Assembly: GCA_964106915.2 (NCBI GenBank)
Contig: OZ066916.1
Length of the DNA stretch: 64,000 nt
Reading direction: 5' to 3' (one strand)
DNA from: Podarcis gaigeae
Lineage: Eukaryota
This document shows, piece after piece, positions 62,621 through 64,000 of the stretch (positions are counted from its first letter, which is position 1; every line of letters begins with the position of its first letter). The notes beneath the pieces are model-generated. The model saw nothing but the letters and a program-made list of their open reading frames with translations, did no database searches and was not told the origin of the DNA. A program made the position numbers and the translations under genes.

Positions 62621-64000
62621 GCATAAATACAGGGTTGCCTCTGCTAGGCCTGCTGCTAGTGTTACAGCCTGTGTAACTTTAACACAAAGGTGGGCCACCG
62701 TGTGTGTTGAGAGCCACATGCACTGAAGGTGATCTGTGGTGGGGGTACATTTGATGGTGGGCTGGATGATACAGGTGAAAAGTGTTTTTCAAGGGGGAAA
62801 TCCTTAAACTTCTGCACACAATCATAAAGTCATAGGATTGCAGAATTGGAAGGGACCAATCTCAACTCTTTATTATTTAGCCATTCTTAAACTGGGCCAA
62901 TAGACTCTGTGCAAGGTTTCAGTAATTTCAAACAAATAGTGTTCATTCATATAAAAATCATTGCCTTCCTGCCACAGCCAAAACTTCCCCCCTTCTTGCC
63001 TACATTGGGAGTGTTAAATATCTACTTGTTGAACACAAGCTAATTGAGTAGGAATACTTTACTTCAATGGATAAAATTAGTTGACACAGCCAGATTCTCT
63101 TATTTAATTTAGATTTTTCATTGACATGATTTTTTATTGACTTCTATACCATGCCAGGCTAACAGTTGTATTAGTATTGTTTGAAAGCATAATTCATATT
63201 GACAGATACTGCAAAGCTTGGAGAGCCAATCTAATAGATCTTCTGAGGAGATAAAAAGACCATTGGAAGAATGTCACCTCCAGCATTTTTGCAGCAACAA
63301 GTATGTACTTTTACCCATATGTGATTCCAATAGAAGGATATTTGCATTGCTTTGAACATGCCAGATATAATTATAAACTCAAGGTGAGGTTCTGTGAAGC
63401 TTGGGTGGAACTAAATTCATTTGAAAACTGGACAGACTGGTTCCAAATACAATAAATGAGGCATAAGCTCATTTATACTATAGCAGGTAGGCCGACTAAA
63501 TAAAAGGGAGGCATCTAAAAGATGGGAATGCACTGAAAATAACAGTATGCCACAGCAGAGACCAGAAGTTGCTTTAGATCTTCAAACTGAAGATTAGGTA
63601 GGATTGCAGCATAGAAGTCAATGTCAAAATGAGGCTGGAAATAACCCATTAGTCTATGTATCCAATGTGTCTATATCTGTGGACAACAGCAACAACATGA
63701 AAATAAGGGCTAGGTATTCTGGCTTGGATCCTACAAAAAGTTCAGTGATAATTTTACATTCCTTCCCCCCAAAGAGCCTGTCTGGCAGGTTGGGTGGGTG
63801 GGTCTCCTAACTTTGCAGAGAGACTTTTCACGTAGCTTCAGCAGGGAGGATGTGACAAGAAACTTTAATTCCATGAGGAAAATTAAGTTATATTGGAATC
63901 CAAGCTATTGCATCCCATTGAAATGAATGGATATTGTGACAAACGCTTGTACAAATTGAACCTTGAGGCAGGCCTATTTTGTATGGCACAATGCTGAAAA

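Overview
Eukaryotic genomic DNA from a squamate reptile, probably a lacertid lizard (Sauria SINEs, BovB LINEs, squamate-type MITEs). The window holds the conserved tail-to-tail PRDM1-ATG5 pair. On the + strand are the last five coding exons and ~2.6 kb 3'UTR of PRDM1/Blimp-1; the 5' exons lie outside the window. On the - strand is a complete ATG5 gene: CpG-island promoter near 62.3 kb, a non-coding first exon, and seven coding exons totalling 828 nt (275 aa plus stop), all with GT-AG boundaries. Nearly all other ORFs in the track are transposon remnants or noise. The most notable unexplained signal is a 300-nt GC-richer, coding-like block in ATG5 intron 6 (42753-43052, - strand). It has an in-phase acceptor and a downstream AATAAA, and would swap the C-terminal UblB region for a hydrophobic tail ending in a basic cluster, almost exactly at the known calpain cleavage point. 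Other leads are an overlapping uORF in ATG5, a divergent CTCF-like pair, twin MITEs bracketing the K130 exon, a 90-bp MITE with a 9-bp TSD, an internally deleted L2 element, and lymphoid TF motif clusters. All regulatory calls are motif-level only; no alignments or searches were run.
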